This document shows positions 1 to 9,420 of a stretch of DNA of 64,000 nt, piece by piece; positions within the stretch are counted from its first letter, which is position 1, and each line of letters opens with the position of its first letter. A program made the translations under genes and the position numbers. The DNA is taken from NCBI GenBank assembly GCA_963716395.1, contig OY970309.1:1696001-1760000 (forward strand). The letters are read 5' to 3'. Source of the stretch: an uncultured Fibrobacteria bacterium. GTDB lineage: Bacteria > Fibrobacterota > Fibrobacteria > UBA11236. The notes beneath the pieces were generated by a model. That model saw nothing but the letters and a program-made list of their open reading frames with translations. It did not search any database and was not told the DNA's origin.

Positions 1-877
1 CACCGGCCTGGTAACTCCCGAACCAATCCAGCGCCCCGTCGACGAAACCGAGGTATCCCGCCGTCGCCGACCAGGTGGGTCCGACCCAGCCTTTCGACAG
101 GACGACCTCCGGCGGCAGGGCTTGGTCCATCGGCGCTTCGAAATCATAGAGCTGCCCGGCTCCGAGATTGGAGTACCACCCTTCGTAGTGGGCCCGGACG
201 GCGACATCCGCGGAAAACAGATCCCATCCGCTCTGCGGCAAAGCCGTGAAAAAACTGTCGGGATGCGCCGGCAGCCCCGTGCGCAGACGCGTATCCATTT
301 CCGCGGTCGCCGAAAAGCGAATGCCGCTGCGGCCCCGGCGCCGTTCCTCATCGACCTGGGCGCGGTCGACGAAGAAGTCGCGCGAGTAGGAAGGGCTGTG
401 GCTGGAGAGCAAGCCGTTCTGGGTGGAAAAGGCCGCGTACCATTTTTTAGATGCACCCGCCCGGCGGGCGTCCTCAGGCAACGGTTCGGGCGAATCCATG
501 CGGCCGAGATAGGGCGAGTCGGAAAATTCGTCGTGCAACAGAACCGCGTAAGCCGCGGCCTGCAAAGAATCGCCCTGCGCGCGGGCGCTTTTCCACAACC
601 GAAAAAGAATCTCTTCACGCCGGGGTCCGTGTAATACCAAGGCGCGGCGCCAGGAGGCGGCGGCCAAATCGAGGCGCCGCAATGCCGCGAAACCCATTCC
701 CTGAAGGTAGAACGCTTCCTGCGCCTGCGCTTCGGAACAGGCATGGTTGTCCACCGTCCAAGCCAGAAAAGCCGGGTCATCGCCGTGATAGGCGGCGCGC
801 AAAGAATCGAGAAAGGCGGAACAGTCTTGGTCGCGGGCCCCGGCCGCACCCAGCCATAAAACCAACCCCATTTGCAT
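1..877 (-). CDS. Partial hypothetical exported protein (TPR-like N-terminus followed by beta-strand-rich, outer-membrane-like region); runs off the window edge
   Basis: Not in the ORF track because it has no stop in the window. Manual translation from ATG 877 (GGAGGG SD upstream) is open to base 1: MQMGLVLWLGAAGARDQDC...EAFYLQGMGFAALRRLDLAAASWRRAL...GWVGPTWSATAGYLGF. Confidence 0.6.
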   Translation of the reverse strand, partial: MQMGLVLWLGAAGARDQDCSAFLDSLRAAYHGDDPAFLAWTVDNHACSEAQAQEAFYLQGMGFAALRRLDLAAASWRRALVLHGPRREEILFRLWKSARAQGDSLQAAAYAVLLHDEFSDSPYLGRMDSPEPLPEDARRAGASKKWYAAFSTQNGLLSSHSPSYSRDFFVDRAQVDEERRRGRSGIRFSATAEMDTRLRTGLPAHPDSFFTALPQSGWDLFSADVAVRAHYEGWYSNLGAGQLYDFEAPMDQALPPEVVLSKGWVGPTWSATAGYLGFVDGALDWFGSYQAG

Positions 878-959
878 CCCCGCCCTCCACGGCCGGAAAA
901 CCCGGTTGCGCAATTCCGTTCGCGAAGGATTCGGCAAAGGAAATTCTCCAAAACGCTGT

Positions 960-1210
960 GGCTTAAGGGTACTTCTCATCCTCGAATTCCGACTGCGGCT
1001 CCGCCTGAGGTGCCAAGACCCCCGGCTTCATCGACCGCCTCCGCCGGAGCGCTATTCAAACTATATCGCTTCGTGGTTTTCGCTTCCGTCGCCTGCGCTT
1101 TCGGCGCTTCGGGGTCGCGCGGCTGTGTCGCTCGACCTTCGACATCCCTCGTCCGGCTCGGGAACCGGACCCAAGCCTACGCCCCGGCGAGCGATTGCGC
1201 GAAGCCGCCA
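960..1210. repeat. Nested-palindrome intergenic element (REP/MITE-like or structured RNA)
   Basis: Nested inverted repeats gcggct/agccgc (1119-1124/1203-1208), tcgctcg/cgagcga (1128-1134/1188-1194) and gtccgg/ccggac (1151-1156/1165-1170); no credible ORF. Confidence 0.4.
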
Positions 1211-1211
1211 T

Positions 1212-1243
1212 AAAAAAACTTCCCGCCTTGCGGCGGGAAGTTT
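1212..1243 (-). terminator. Rho-independent terminator of the 1284-1874 gene
   Basis: Perfect stem aaacttcccgcc-ttgc-ggcgggaagttt with a T7 tract on the minus strand. Confidence 0.8.
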
Positions 1244-1283
1244 CAGGCAACCGGTCGGTTCGACCGGTCCTCACCCCGAGTAT

Positions 1284-1874
1284 TTACGGCCCGGTTTTGT
1301 TTCCGGAGCCGGCTTTGACATCGGCCGCTTCGTATTGTCGGCGCAAGTCTTGGTAATCCTTTTTGTTTTGTTGAATCAAGGTCTGAATTTCGTCGCGGCG
1401 GGAATCCATCAGTCTCTCGTACGTCTGGCGGGCTTCATCGACGGCGCGTTTGTGATCGGCATGCAATTCGGCCCGCAGAGTGTTGAGTTTTTGCGCCAAC
1501 TCGACTGCCATTTTTTGCTGTTGGGCATCGGAAGCGCCTTTGAAGCGATCTTTATATTCGTCGACCAAGGCCTTGGTTTTGTCCTCGAATTCTTTGTCGA
1601 CGTCTTTCCAGGCCTCGACTTCGGATTTGTGATCGGCTTGGAGTTGATCGACCTCGGCCTGGTGCTCCTGCAAGATGGCCTGGCATTGCTGCACCGAAAG
1701 TTCGTGTTGCGCGTCCAAGGCCTGCTGAAGGTTTTGCGCGTCGTTGTCGGGAGGCGGAAGTTGGTTCGCGGGCACGGGATTGTTGCCGGGAGGGAGGGGT
1801 GGAACGGGTTTTCCGTCTTGGGCAACGCCTACCCCCATGCAGATTGCGAAGCATAAAGCCAACGGTTTCAACAT
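1284..1874 (-). CDS. Secreted coiled-coil hypothetical protein
   Basis: Signal-peptide-like N-terminus (ALCFAICMGVGVAQD), Pro-rich linker, long Q/E/K/A-rich helical region, terminator downstream. Confidence 0.72.
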   Translation of the reverse strand: MLKPLALCFAICMGVGVAQDGKPVPPLPPGNNPVPANQLPPPDNDAQNLQQALDAQHELSVQQCQAILQEHQAEVDQLQADHKSEVEAWKDVDKEFEDKTKALVDEYKDRFKGASDAQQQKMAVELAQKLNTLRAELHADHKRAVDEARQTYERLMDSRRDEIQTLIQQNKKDYQDLRRQYEAADVKAGSGNKTGP

Positions 1875-2047
1875 TGGTCCCGACCCCCCGCTACCGCTTC
1901 AGCAATGGGCGTGCCACGATTCAGTCGCAAAAATGGTTTGATTTTCACAAAAATTCAGGCACGGAAGCTCTTCACTTGCGCGCGGTGTACGCATCGGTGC
2001 GTGCGTCGTACGAAATAGTCCGAAACGCGCTGCGTTCCGGACCCGCG

Positions 2048-3985
2048 TCATTCGATACGATTCAATTCCACCCGCCGGTTCATGGCGCGCCCCTCGGCGG
2101 TATTGTTGGTGGCGATGGGTTTGGAGGAACCGTAACCCATGACCCGCAGACGTTTGGCATCGACACCTTTGAGGATTAAGTAGTTGGCTACGGTCTGAGC
2201 CCGCGCCCGCGACAGCGCCTGGTTTTTGAGAGGATTGCCGCGATTGTCCGTATGACCCGCCACTTCAAACCGGGTCTCGGGGCTCAGCTGCAATTGCGCC
2301 GCCACCCCGTCGAGCACCTGATACGACTCGGGCGTCAGCTCGGCGGAGCCGGAACGGAAATTGACGCCCTTGAGCACCATAGTTTTCACGATCTGGGTTT
2401 GCTTGACCGTGTCGGGGCAGCCGTCTTCATCCTCGAATCCGTTCCGGGTTTCGGGGGCGTCGGGGCATTTGTCGGAGCCGTGGCACACCGACGCATACTT
2501 CGCGCTCAGGCCCTGCGCCGCCACCCAGGGATCGCAGATGCCGTCGTGATCGTTATCGGGATCGGGACAGCCGTCTTCGTCCTGGAATCCGTCTTTGTCT
2601 TCGGCCTCATGCGGGCATTTGTCCTTGTCGTCGGGGATGCCGTCACCGTCGGCGTCGAGTACGGGGCAGCCGTCGACGCCGTTGGGTCCTTGTGCCACGT
2701 TGGGGCATTTGTCTTTAATATCGGGCACGCCGTCGTGATCGTTGTCGAGATCGGGACAGCCGTCTTCGTCCTGAAATCCGTCGATGTCTTCGGGGTCGTT
2801 CGGGCATTTGTCGGAGCCGTGGCATACCGACGCGTATTTCGCGCTGAGACCTTTTTCGGCCACCCAGGGATCGCAAATGCCGTCGTGATCGTTATCGGGA
2901 TCGGGGCAGCCGTCTTCGTCCTGGAATCCGTCTTTGTCTTCGGCGTCATCCGGGCATTTGTCCAGCGCGTTGGGAATGCCGTCGTGATCGCGATCCTGCG
3001 ACAGCAGAAAACCCGACCACTGCACGCCGACATAAATGCCGACTTGCGGGGCCGCGCTCATGGAGAACTGATCGTAGCCGGGGCCTTGCGGGTTCGCGTA
3101 ATCCACCGGAATCGATTTCAGATTGTCCACGGCGATTTGCGCGCCGGCCTGCACCTGAAAATTTTCCGGCAGGCGCGCTGTGGCCATCAAGGTCAGCAGG
3201 GTGGGCTCGGTGTCGAACCAGGTCGCGGAATTAATCTGGTTGAAGCGGCTTTCATTATACAGTTCGGCGCTGAGCAGCAAATAGGTGCTGACTCCCCATT
3301 CCAGAGCCGTGCCGCCGAAAAAGACGTTTTCAAAAGGCGGATCGCCCACCGGATTCGGCGTGCGCACGCCGCCGTTCAAATGCCAGCGCAATTCCAGCCC
3401 CGGATCGATGGCGCCGAAGTCGAACGTCACCCCCAAAGCGCCGAGGAATCCGGGACGGCCGAGCCCGAAGGGCGTTGAGCCCTGGTTGAATTGGGCCGGG
3501 TCGTTGGTATAGAGCTCCAGTTGACGCGGCAAGGTGCCGCCGTCGGCGGCCGTGGGCGCCGAACCGCCGAGAATGGCGGCCAGATGAAACACCTTCTGAT
3601 TGGGGATGGGCAACTCCACTTTGAGCCGGTATTGCAAGTCGCCGGGCAAATGCTCGTTGATCGAAAGGTTGCCTCCGCCCACGTATTCGTAGTAAAGGGG
3701 CAGGCCCAGGCTGATTTCGGTATACGCACCGAGCCCCAAAGACAAGGCGGCATGCGAAGTGGCCGTGAAATAGGAGTTGATGGAATAGGTTTGGCCGTCC
3801 CGCGTCAGCGAGGAACCGCCCAGGATGCTTTCGTCGTTGGCCATGAGCGATCCGAGGTCTACGCCCAGGCGCATGTTTCCCGCGGAGACCGCGCTGAAAA
3901 TATGCCCCACTCCGGAAAGCCCGTCCTGGTCCAGCGCGGCGGAAAGGGAAATGACCGACAATAACGAAAGTACAAGACGTCGCAT
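2048..3985 (-). CDS. OmpA-family outer membrane protein with thrombospondin type-3 (Ca-binding) repeats
   Basis: Start MRRLVLSLL at 3985 with AGGAG SD; DxDxDG..D.CP repeats; C-terminal OmpA domain (GHTD, NQALSRARA, GYG, NRRVE). Confidence 0.92.
   Translation of the reverse strand: MRRLVLSLLSVISLSAALDQDGLSGVGHIFSAVSAGNMRLGVDLGSLMANDESILGGSSLTRDGQTYSINSYFTATSHAALSLGLGAYTEISLGLPLYYEYVGGGNLSINEHLPGDLQYRLKVELPIPNQKVFHLAAILGGSAPTAADGGTLPRQLELYTNDPAQFNQGSTPFGLGRPGFLGALGVTFDFGAIDPGLELRWHLNGGVRTPNPVGDPPFENVFFGGTALEWGVSTYLLLSAELYNESRFNQINSATWFDTEPTLLTLMATARLPENFQVQAGAQIAVDNLKSIPVDYANPQGPGYDQFSMSAAPQVGIYVGVQWSGFLLSQDRDHDGIPNALDKCPDDAEDKDGFQDEDGCPDPDNDHDGICDPWVAEKGLSAKYASVCHGSDKCPNDPEDIDGFQDEDGCPDLDNDHDGVPDIKDKCPNVAQGPNGVDGCPVLDADGDGIPDDKDKCPHEAEDKDGFQDEDGCPDPDNDHDGICDPWVAAQGLSAKYASVCHGSDKCPDAPETRNGFEDEDGCPDTVKQTQIVKTMVLKGVNFRSGSAELTPESYQVLDGVAAQLQLSPETRFEVAGHTDNRGNPLKNQALSRARAQTVANYLILKGVDAKRLRVMGYGSSKPIATNNTAEGRAMNRRVELNRIE
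2463..2963. repeat. Intragenic duplication of a ~160-bp TSP3 unit (2463-2624 and 2802-2963)
   Basis: Near-identical DNA encoding DKCP..AEDKDGFQDEDGCPDPDNDHDGICDPWVA..GLSAKYASVCHGSDKCP twice, offset 339 bp. Confidence 0.85.
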
Positions 3986-4047
3986 AAGGACTCCTATGCA
4001 GTTCCGGGAAATCAATTTTAAACTTAATAGCGGAACTGCAAAAAATC

Positions 4048-5781
4048 TCAGGACAATTCGGACTTTTCCGCCGCGGCCAGCGATGCGGCCCTTTGCAAGG
4101 CCGCATCGAAATGCGGCAACAGGTTGTCCTGCCCCATCATCTCGGCCAGCCCGCTTTGATGCAAGGTCAAAAAAGGCTGCGTGTGCAGGCCGGAAAGCAC
4201 CAGGGCGATGCCCTGGCGCCGGCAATCGGCGTGCACGCGTTCCAGGGCATGCAGGCCCGTGGCATCCAAGGCCATGAGGTTCCGCAGCCGCAAGACCAAC
4301 ACCCGCGGGCGACGCGTGATCGCGGTCAAGGTTTCTTCGAACTTTTGCGCGGCCCCGAAAAAGAGCGGACCGTTGATTTCGTAAACTTCGACACCCTCGG
4401 GGATGCGGTGAAAATCGAGCGGAATGTCCTCGCCCGAATCGGCCTCTTCGCGCAGGTCTTGCGTCAGGGCGTTGACATTCACGGCTTCGGACATTTGCCG
4501 GATGAAAAGCAGCATGGAAACGATGAGGCCGACCTCGATGGCCACGGTGAGGTCCACGGCCACGGTCAGCCCGAAGGTCAGCAGCAGCACCAGCGCGTCG
4601 GCGCGCGGGCCGCGCAGCAGCGACCGGAACACCCGCCATTCGCTCATGTTGTACGCCACCACCAACAGAATGGCGGCCAGGACGCACAAGGGAATGAAGG
4701 CGGCGTAACGCCCCAGCACGAGCATGATGACGAGCAAGGTCAGGGCATGCACGATACCAGCTACGGGCGTGCGTCCGCCGTTTTTGATGTTGGTCGCGGT
4801 GCGCGCGATGGCGCCGGTGGCGGGAATGCCTCCGAACAGGGGACACACCACATTGGCCACGCCCTGGGCCACCAATTCCATGTTGGAGCGGTGGTGCGTG
4901 CCGATCATGCCGTCGGCCACGGTGGCCGAGAGCAGCGATTCGATACCCGCCAGCAGGGCGATGGTGATGGCCGGCTGCACCAGGCCGCGCAGCATGTCGA
5001 CATGCCAGGCGGGAAAGCCGGGCCGCGGCAGACCGTGGGGAATGCCGCCGAAGTGGCTGCCGATGGTTTCGATGTGCAGGTGGAGCAGGCGGGCCGCCAC
5101 GGTACACAAGACGAGGGCCACGAGTGAGCCGGGAATGCGCCGCGATACCCGGGGCCAAAGCAGAATCACGACCATGCCGAAAACTCCCAGTTCCAAGGCC
5201 GCGACATTGACCGTGGCCCCCGCGTGCAAAAAGACCGCCCATTTGGCGAAGAAATCGGCCGGCACCGCAGCCGGGCGCAAGCCGAAGAAATCTTTGATCT
5301 CGGAGGTGGCGATGATGACGCCGATGCCGCTGGTGAAGCCCACGATGACCGGATAGGGAATGAATTTGATCAGCGAGCCGAAGCGCGCCAGGCCCATGGC
5401 GATGAGGAGCACGCCGGCCATCATGGTGGCTACGGTCAATCCTTCCAGGCCGTATTTTTGCACAATGCCGTAAACGATGATCACGAAGGCGCCCGTGGGA
5501 CCGCCGATTTGCACGCGGCTGCCGCCCAGAGCCGAGATGATAAAACCGGCCACCACCGCGGTGATTAAGCCTTTTTCCGGAGGGACTCCCGACGCGATGG
5601 CAAACGCAATGGCCAAAGGCAGCGCCACCACGCCCACCACCAGGCCCGCGATGACGTCTTCAAAAAAAGCGGCGCGCGTATACCCGCGCAAGGTTGTCAG
5701 CAGTTTGGGGCGTAGCGCGTCGCGACTTGAGATCGGCCGCTGTGGGTGTAAATCGGTGGGGGGTAAGGCCGGGTGAACCAT
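4048..5781 (-). CDS. SulP/SLC26 family anion transporter with STAS domain
   Basis: DVIAGLVVGVVALPLAIAFAIASG, GPTGAF, ESLLSA and GAIART motifs; C-terminal STAS (GPLFFG, LDATG). Confidence 0.95.
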   Translation of the reverse strand: MVHPALPPTDLHPQRPISSRDALRPKLLTTLRGYTRAAFFEDVIAGLVVGVVALPLAIAFAIASGVPPEKGLITAVVAGFIISALGGSRVQIGGPTGAFVIIVYGIVQKYGLEGLTVATMMAGVLLIAMGLARFGSLIKFIPYPVIVGFTSGIGVIIATSEIKDFFGLRPAAVPADFFAKWAVFLHAGATVNVAALELGVFGMVVILLWPRVSRRIPGSLVALVLCTVAARLLHLHIETIGSHFGGIPHGLPRPGFPAWHVDMLRGLVQPAITIALLAGIESLLSATVADGMIGTHHRSNMELVAQGVANVVCPLFGGIPATGAIARTATNIKNGGRTPVAGIVHALTLLVIMLVLGRYAAFIPLCVLAAILLVVAYNMSEWRVFRSLLRGPRADALVLLLTFGLTVAVDLTVAIEVGLIVSMLLFIRQMSEAVNVNALTQDLREEADSGEDIPLDFHRIPEGVEVYEINGPLFFGAAQKFEETLTAITRRPRVLVLRLRNLMALDATGLHALERVHADCRRQGIALVLSGLHTQPFLTLHQSGLAEMMGQDNLLPHFDAALQRAASLAAAEKSELS

Positions 5782-5881
5782 GGTGGCCCCTATTGTACCT
5801 ATTTGATGCCTGTTTGATACCCGTTTGCGTCTCTTTCGGGACGCGAGATTTTGGGAACCGCGATCAAGATCGGGCGGAGGG

Positions 5882-6916
5882 TCAGGGAGACTGCGTCAGG
5901 TGAAACAAGGTGTCGGGGTCGACCGCGGTTTTGCACAGGGCTTGGGGATCTTCTTGTCGGAACAAGGTCCAGAAACCCGCGGCCGTGTCGTTGCCGTTCC
6001 ACCACACAAAAAAACCATTCTGGCCGGGGTCTCGGGTGATGCGTAGCAGGTAATCGCCCGTCGAGGTCTGCCACGGGCCCGATCCGTATTGGCCGATCGT
6101 GCGCTCTTGGAATTGTTTGGCAACCAGAAAAGAACCCAGGGTGAACCATTGCGCGGCTTGGGTTTCATAACCCCACCATCCGGCCGGATCGTCCGGCGAC
6201 ACGGCTCCGAAAACTTCGCCGCCGAGAAAGTAGATGCGCGAAGAAAACCTCCCCGAATCGCAGCGGCTCAAATCGAAATCGCGGTACACGGAAAAGGGTT
6301 GGGTGGGATTTTGCGAATCGAATTCCTGGTAGGTGTAATGGGCCGGAACCAGGGCGCCTTGCGACATGGGCCGGTACCATACCCAAATCGCGGGCGTGTC
6401 CGCCACGATCGTTGGGATGCCGCCGCTTCCGACCGCGAAAAAAACGAGCACGGATTCTTTACGGAGAAACTCGCCGCCGGTGAGACCGATGATACTGTCG
6501 GTGGTGTCGGGCAGAGCATTCCATCCATCGAACACCCCGGCCGACCAGGGGTCGAGCGCCGCGTTGGTGTCGACGCCGCTTTGCACCCGCTGCGTCAGTT
6601 TCAGGCCGGAGGCCGAGATTTGGCAGCGGGCCTTCATGCGCACGACCGCGTCGTTGTTGCGAATGCCGATGAATTGCAGGCTGTCTTGGGTCAGAATGAG
6701 ATCCGATTCCAAACCATATTCCGCCAGGCTGCCGTAATCTCCGCGATACCATCCGCTTCCGGGCGCCTGGCCCGAGGCGTAGAGCGCCGCCGGTGCAGCC
6801 GGATGATCGGCGTCGCCTCCGAACAGGCAGGCGTTGATGAACAGAGCGGCGGTCAGGCCGCACGCACCCAAAGGCCCGGGTCGAAGGCGGGGCGGGCGAA
6901 GGGCGCGTCCGGACAT
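5882..6916 (-). CDS. Hypothetical lipoprotein
   Basis: Basic N-terminus, hydrophobic stretch and lipobox-like FINAC; beta-rich mature part; 19 bp downstream of the preceding gene. Confidence 0.62.
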   Translation of the reverse strand: MSGRALRPPRLRPGPLGACGLTAALFINACLFGGDADHPAAPAALYASGQAPGSGWYRGDYGSLAEYGLESDLILTQDSLQFIGIRNNDAVVRMKARCQISASGLKLTQRVQSGVDTNAALDPWSAGVFDGWNALPDTTDSIIGLTGGEFLRKESVLVFFAVGSGGIPTIVADTPAIWVWYRPMSQGALVPAHYTYQEFDSQNPTQPFSVYRDFDLSRCDSGRFSSRIYFLGGEVFGAVSPDDPAGWWGYETQAAQWFTLGSFLVAKQFQERTIGQYGSGPWQTSTGDYLLRITRDPGQNGFFVWWNGNDTAAGFWTLFRQEDPQALCKTAVDPDTLFHLTQSP

Positions 6917-6935
6917 GTCCGATTAAATCAGCGGT

Positions 6936-8309
6936 TCAGCGCGCGAGTTTGCAGTGAAAGAAAACCCCCGGACCTTGACCCACGGCCAGCGCCGGGCCCG
7001 TTTGCGCCGGTCGCCACGCGGCGACTCCGTTGCGCACGGACAGCCTCGCGATTTGCCGGCCCAGGAAATCGCGGATTTGCACCTGGTCGATTCCCTCCAG
7101 GCCGCTCAGAACAAAAGCGCCGCCGATCCATTGCACGGTCGGTGTCCGCAAGCGGGCGGGGGCGGAAGGAAGCACGGCGACATTAAATTGGGCGTAAACC
7201 CAGCGACCGCGTTGTGAATTATCCCAACTGCCGTTGCCGCTATTCCAAACGAGGCGAAGGGATTGCAGGATGTTGCCGCTGCTGTCATAGGTGGACGCGG
7301 TCTTATTCATGTTTTGCCAGGCCGCGCCCCCCCATCGGGAATACACATAGGCGGTATCGTTGCCCAGTGAATCATAAGCGTAATCCTCTTTATAACTGTT
7401 CTGCCATTGCGAACCATTCCAGCTTTGGGTGATCACTTCGCTGGGATGCCCTACGCCCGCCCAGGTAAACACGCGGTTAATCCTATTGACATATTCGCCC
7501 AGGCTGTCGCGCGCCACCTCGGTTTGATTGGAGAGCAAGCCGGAGTCGTTGTAAACCAAGGTATCGCGGGTATCCAGCACCCATTGTTGCTGCGGCGCAT
7601 TCCAAGATTCATGCGTATATCGCAACGGCAACTCTTGGGCATTGAAAAGGTTAGCATACCGGTCTGAATTGAGCCAAGCGCTGTCGGTCCAGTACTGCAC
7701 CACGGTCAACAGCGGGTTCTGTTGGGCGTCGGCCACACTGGAGTCGTGTTCGTCGTTGACCCATTTGCTCGCGGAGTCGTCCCAATTTTCGTGGAGAAAA
7801 AGCTGCACCGAGTCGTTCGGATAAGCATAAGACAGGCGCACATAAGGCGCCCATTGCCCCAGCGAATCCCAAAACACCTGGTTGAGGGTCGACGATCTCC
7901 CCAGGGAATCGTAGGTCAACGATCCCGAATCGATATTTTGCCACGCGGAGTTGTAAAAGTGTTGATCCTTGAAACCGATCACTTGAGCGTTGCTGTTCAC
8001 GGTGTATTCGGACTGGGTGTCGTTGGCCCATCCATTGCCCGTCCATGCGTCGATATTGAGTTGGGTGGCCACCTCGGTGTCTTTGGCGACGCCGGCCGCC
8101 TTGGCCAAGGCTTTGGGTGGCGTCTGGGGATTCGTCGTGATCAGGCGTTGCCAACCCGGAAACAACCCGAGGGAATTTCTGTCGCGCGCATGCGTGGTTA
8201 AGGGGCGCAAGCCGCGCCAGATCTTTATTCCGGTGGCCGTAGACCCGACGTTGCCGCCCAGGGTCAAGGCCGCCCACGCAAACAGAATCGAAAAAGGCCG
8301 AGGTTTCAC
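6936..8309 (-). CDS. Secreted YD-like repeat protein (DUF3836-like) with C-terminal sorting-type domain
   Basis: Signal peptide; about 10 repeats of W..s.W.N....y.YD..G; C-terminal IRDFLGRQIARL segment. Confidence 0.75.
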   Translation of the reverse strand: MKPRPFSILFAWAALTLGGNVGSTATGIKIWRGLRPLTTHARDRNSLGLFPGWQRLITTNPQTPPKALAKAAGVAKDTEVATQLNIDAWTGNGWANDTQSEYTVNSNAQVIGFKDQHFYNSAWQNIDSGSLTYDSLGRSSTLNQVFWDSLGQWAPYVRLSYAYPNDSVQLFLHENWDDSASKWVNDEHDSSVADAQQNPLLTVVQYWTDSAWLNSDRYANLFNAQELPLRYTHESWNAPQQQWVLDTRDTLVYNDSGLLSNQTEVARDSLGEYVNRINRVFTWAGVGHPSEVITQSWNGSQWQNSYKEDYAYDSLGNDTAYVYSRWGGAAWQNMNKTASTYDSSGNILQSLRLVWNSGNGSWDNSQRGRWVYAQFNVAVLPSAPARLRTPTVQWIGGAFVLSGLEGIDQVQIRDFLGRQIARLSVRNGVAAWRPAQTGPALAVGQGPGVFFHCKLAR

Positions 8310-8437
8310 AGCACCTCCTCTGCCGTCACTGGCTTCAAAGTAATTCCGCGCGGCCGGCTGCGACGCGGGTTTTGAGTATACGGCTTTTTGCCTGCCTCAG
8401 GGTTTTCAAAATCGCAGCGGGAAAGCAACTTTTCAGC

Positions 8438-9412
8438 ATGGCTCGTCTGCGTTGGGGAATTTTGGCCGCCAGCAACATCGCGCGCAAATTCGTGCGTGAT
8501 GTGCAGTTGCGCCAGATGACCGTTCAAGCCGTGGCCAGCCGCGACCCGGAGAAAGCCGCGCGCTTCGCGGCCGAGTTCGGGCTGCCCGGTGCGCATGGAA
8601 GTTACCAGGCTTTGCTGGACGACCCCGCCGTCGACGTGGTCTACATCTCGTTGCCCAACCACCTGCACGTTTCCTGGTGCCTGGCGGCGGCCCAGGCCGG
8701 CAAGCACATTCTGTGCGAAAAGCCGTTATGCGCCACCGAGGCGGAATGCGAGCGCGTGCTGCAGGCCGTGGAGCGGGCCGGGGTTTTTTTCATGGAAGCG
8801 TTCATGTATCGCTGCCATCCCCTGTGGACCGCGGTGCGCGAGCGCCTGGGCCGCGGCGACTTGGGAGAAATCCGTCTCATCCACTCCTACCATTCCTATG
8901 ACATGGGGCTGAACCTGGCCAATGTCCGCCATCAGCCGGGGACCGAAGGCGGCGCCTTGATGGATGTCGGTTGTTATTGCGTGTCGCTCAGCCGCTATTT
9001 GCTGGGCGAAGAACCCGAGGCGACGCAGGCCTTGTCGCATGTGGGAGAGCAAACCCGCGTCGACGAATGGACGGCGGGCCAGATGCGCTTTCCGTCGGGC
9101 GCCGTGGCTTCCTTTCAATGCGCCACGCGCGTGCCGCAGCCCACCTTGGCCGTGGTGTTCGGATCGCGGGGGCGCGTGGAGGTTCCTTCGCCCTGGCATC
9201 TCGATAAAGACGCGGCCGAAGCGCGCTGGTTTCACGGCGGTGAACCTGAGGTGACGCGGCACGGGGACGGGCTGCCTTTATATGCCCGCGAAGCCCTGGC
9301 CGTTGAAGCCCATCTCGGCGCCCGGCAATGCCCGGCCATGCCTTGGGCCGACAGTTTGGGGCAGGCGCGCGCCCTGGAAATGTTGCGCAGCAGCGCGGGC
9401 TTGGTGGGGTAA
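8438..9412 (+). CDS. Gfo/Idh/MocA family oxidoreductase
   Basis: LRWGILAASNIA Rossmann start, HILCEKP, GGALMDVGCY. Confidence 0.92.
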   Translation: MARLRWGILAASNIARKFVRDVQLRQMTVQAVASRDPEKAARFAAEFGLPGAHGSYQALLDDPAVDVVYISLPNHLHVSWCLAAAQAGKHILCEKPLCATEAECERVLQAVERAGVFFMEAFMYRCHPLWTAVRERLGRGDLGEIRLIHSYHSYDMGLNLANVRHQPGTEGGALMDVGCYCVSLSRYLLGEEPEATQALSHVGEQTRVDEWTAGQMRFPSGAVASFQCATRVPQPTLAVVFGSRGRVEVPSPWHLDKDAAEARWFHGGEPEVTRHGDGLPLYAREALAVEAHLGARQCPAMPWADSLGQARALEMLRSSAGLVG

Positions 9413-9420
9413 CTTAAGCG

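Noticed and set aside
2440-3000. Repeated DNA resembling a repeat array
   Set aside because: These are in-frame TSP3 coding repeats with synonymous variation, not CRISPR; no cas genes are present
3986-5242. N-terminal extension of the 1064-aa ORF 2048..5242
   Set aside because: It overlaps SulP in another frame and is Arg/Pro-rich shadow sequence; the real OmpA start with SD and signal peptide is at 3985
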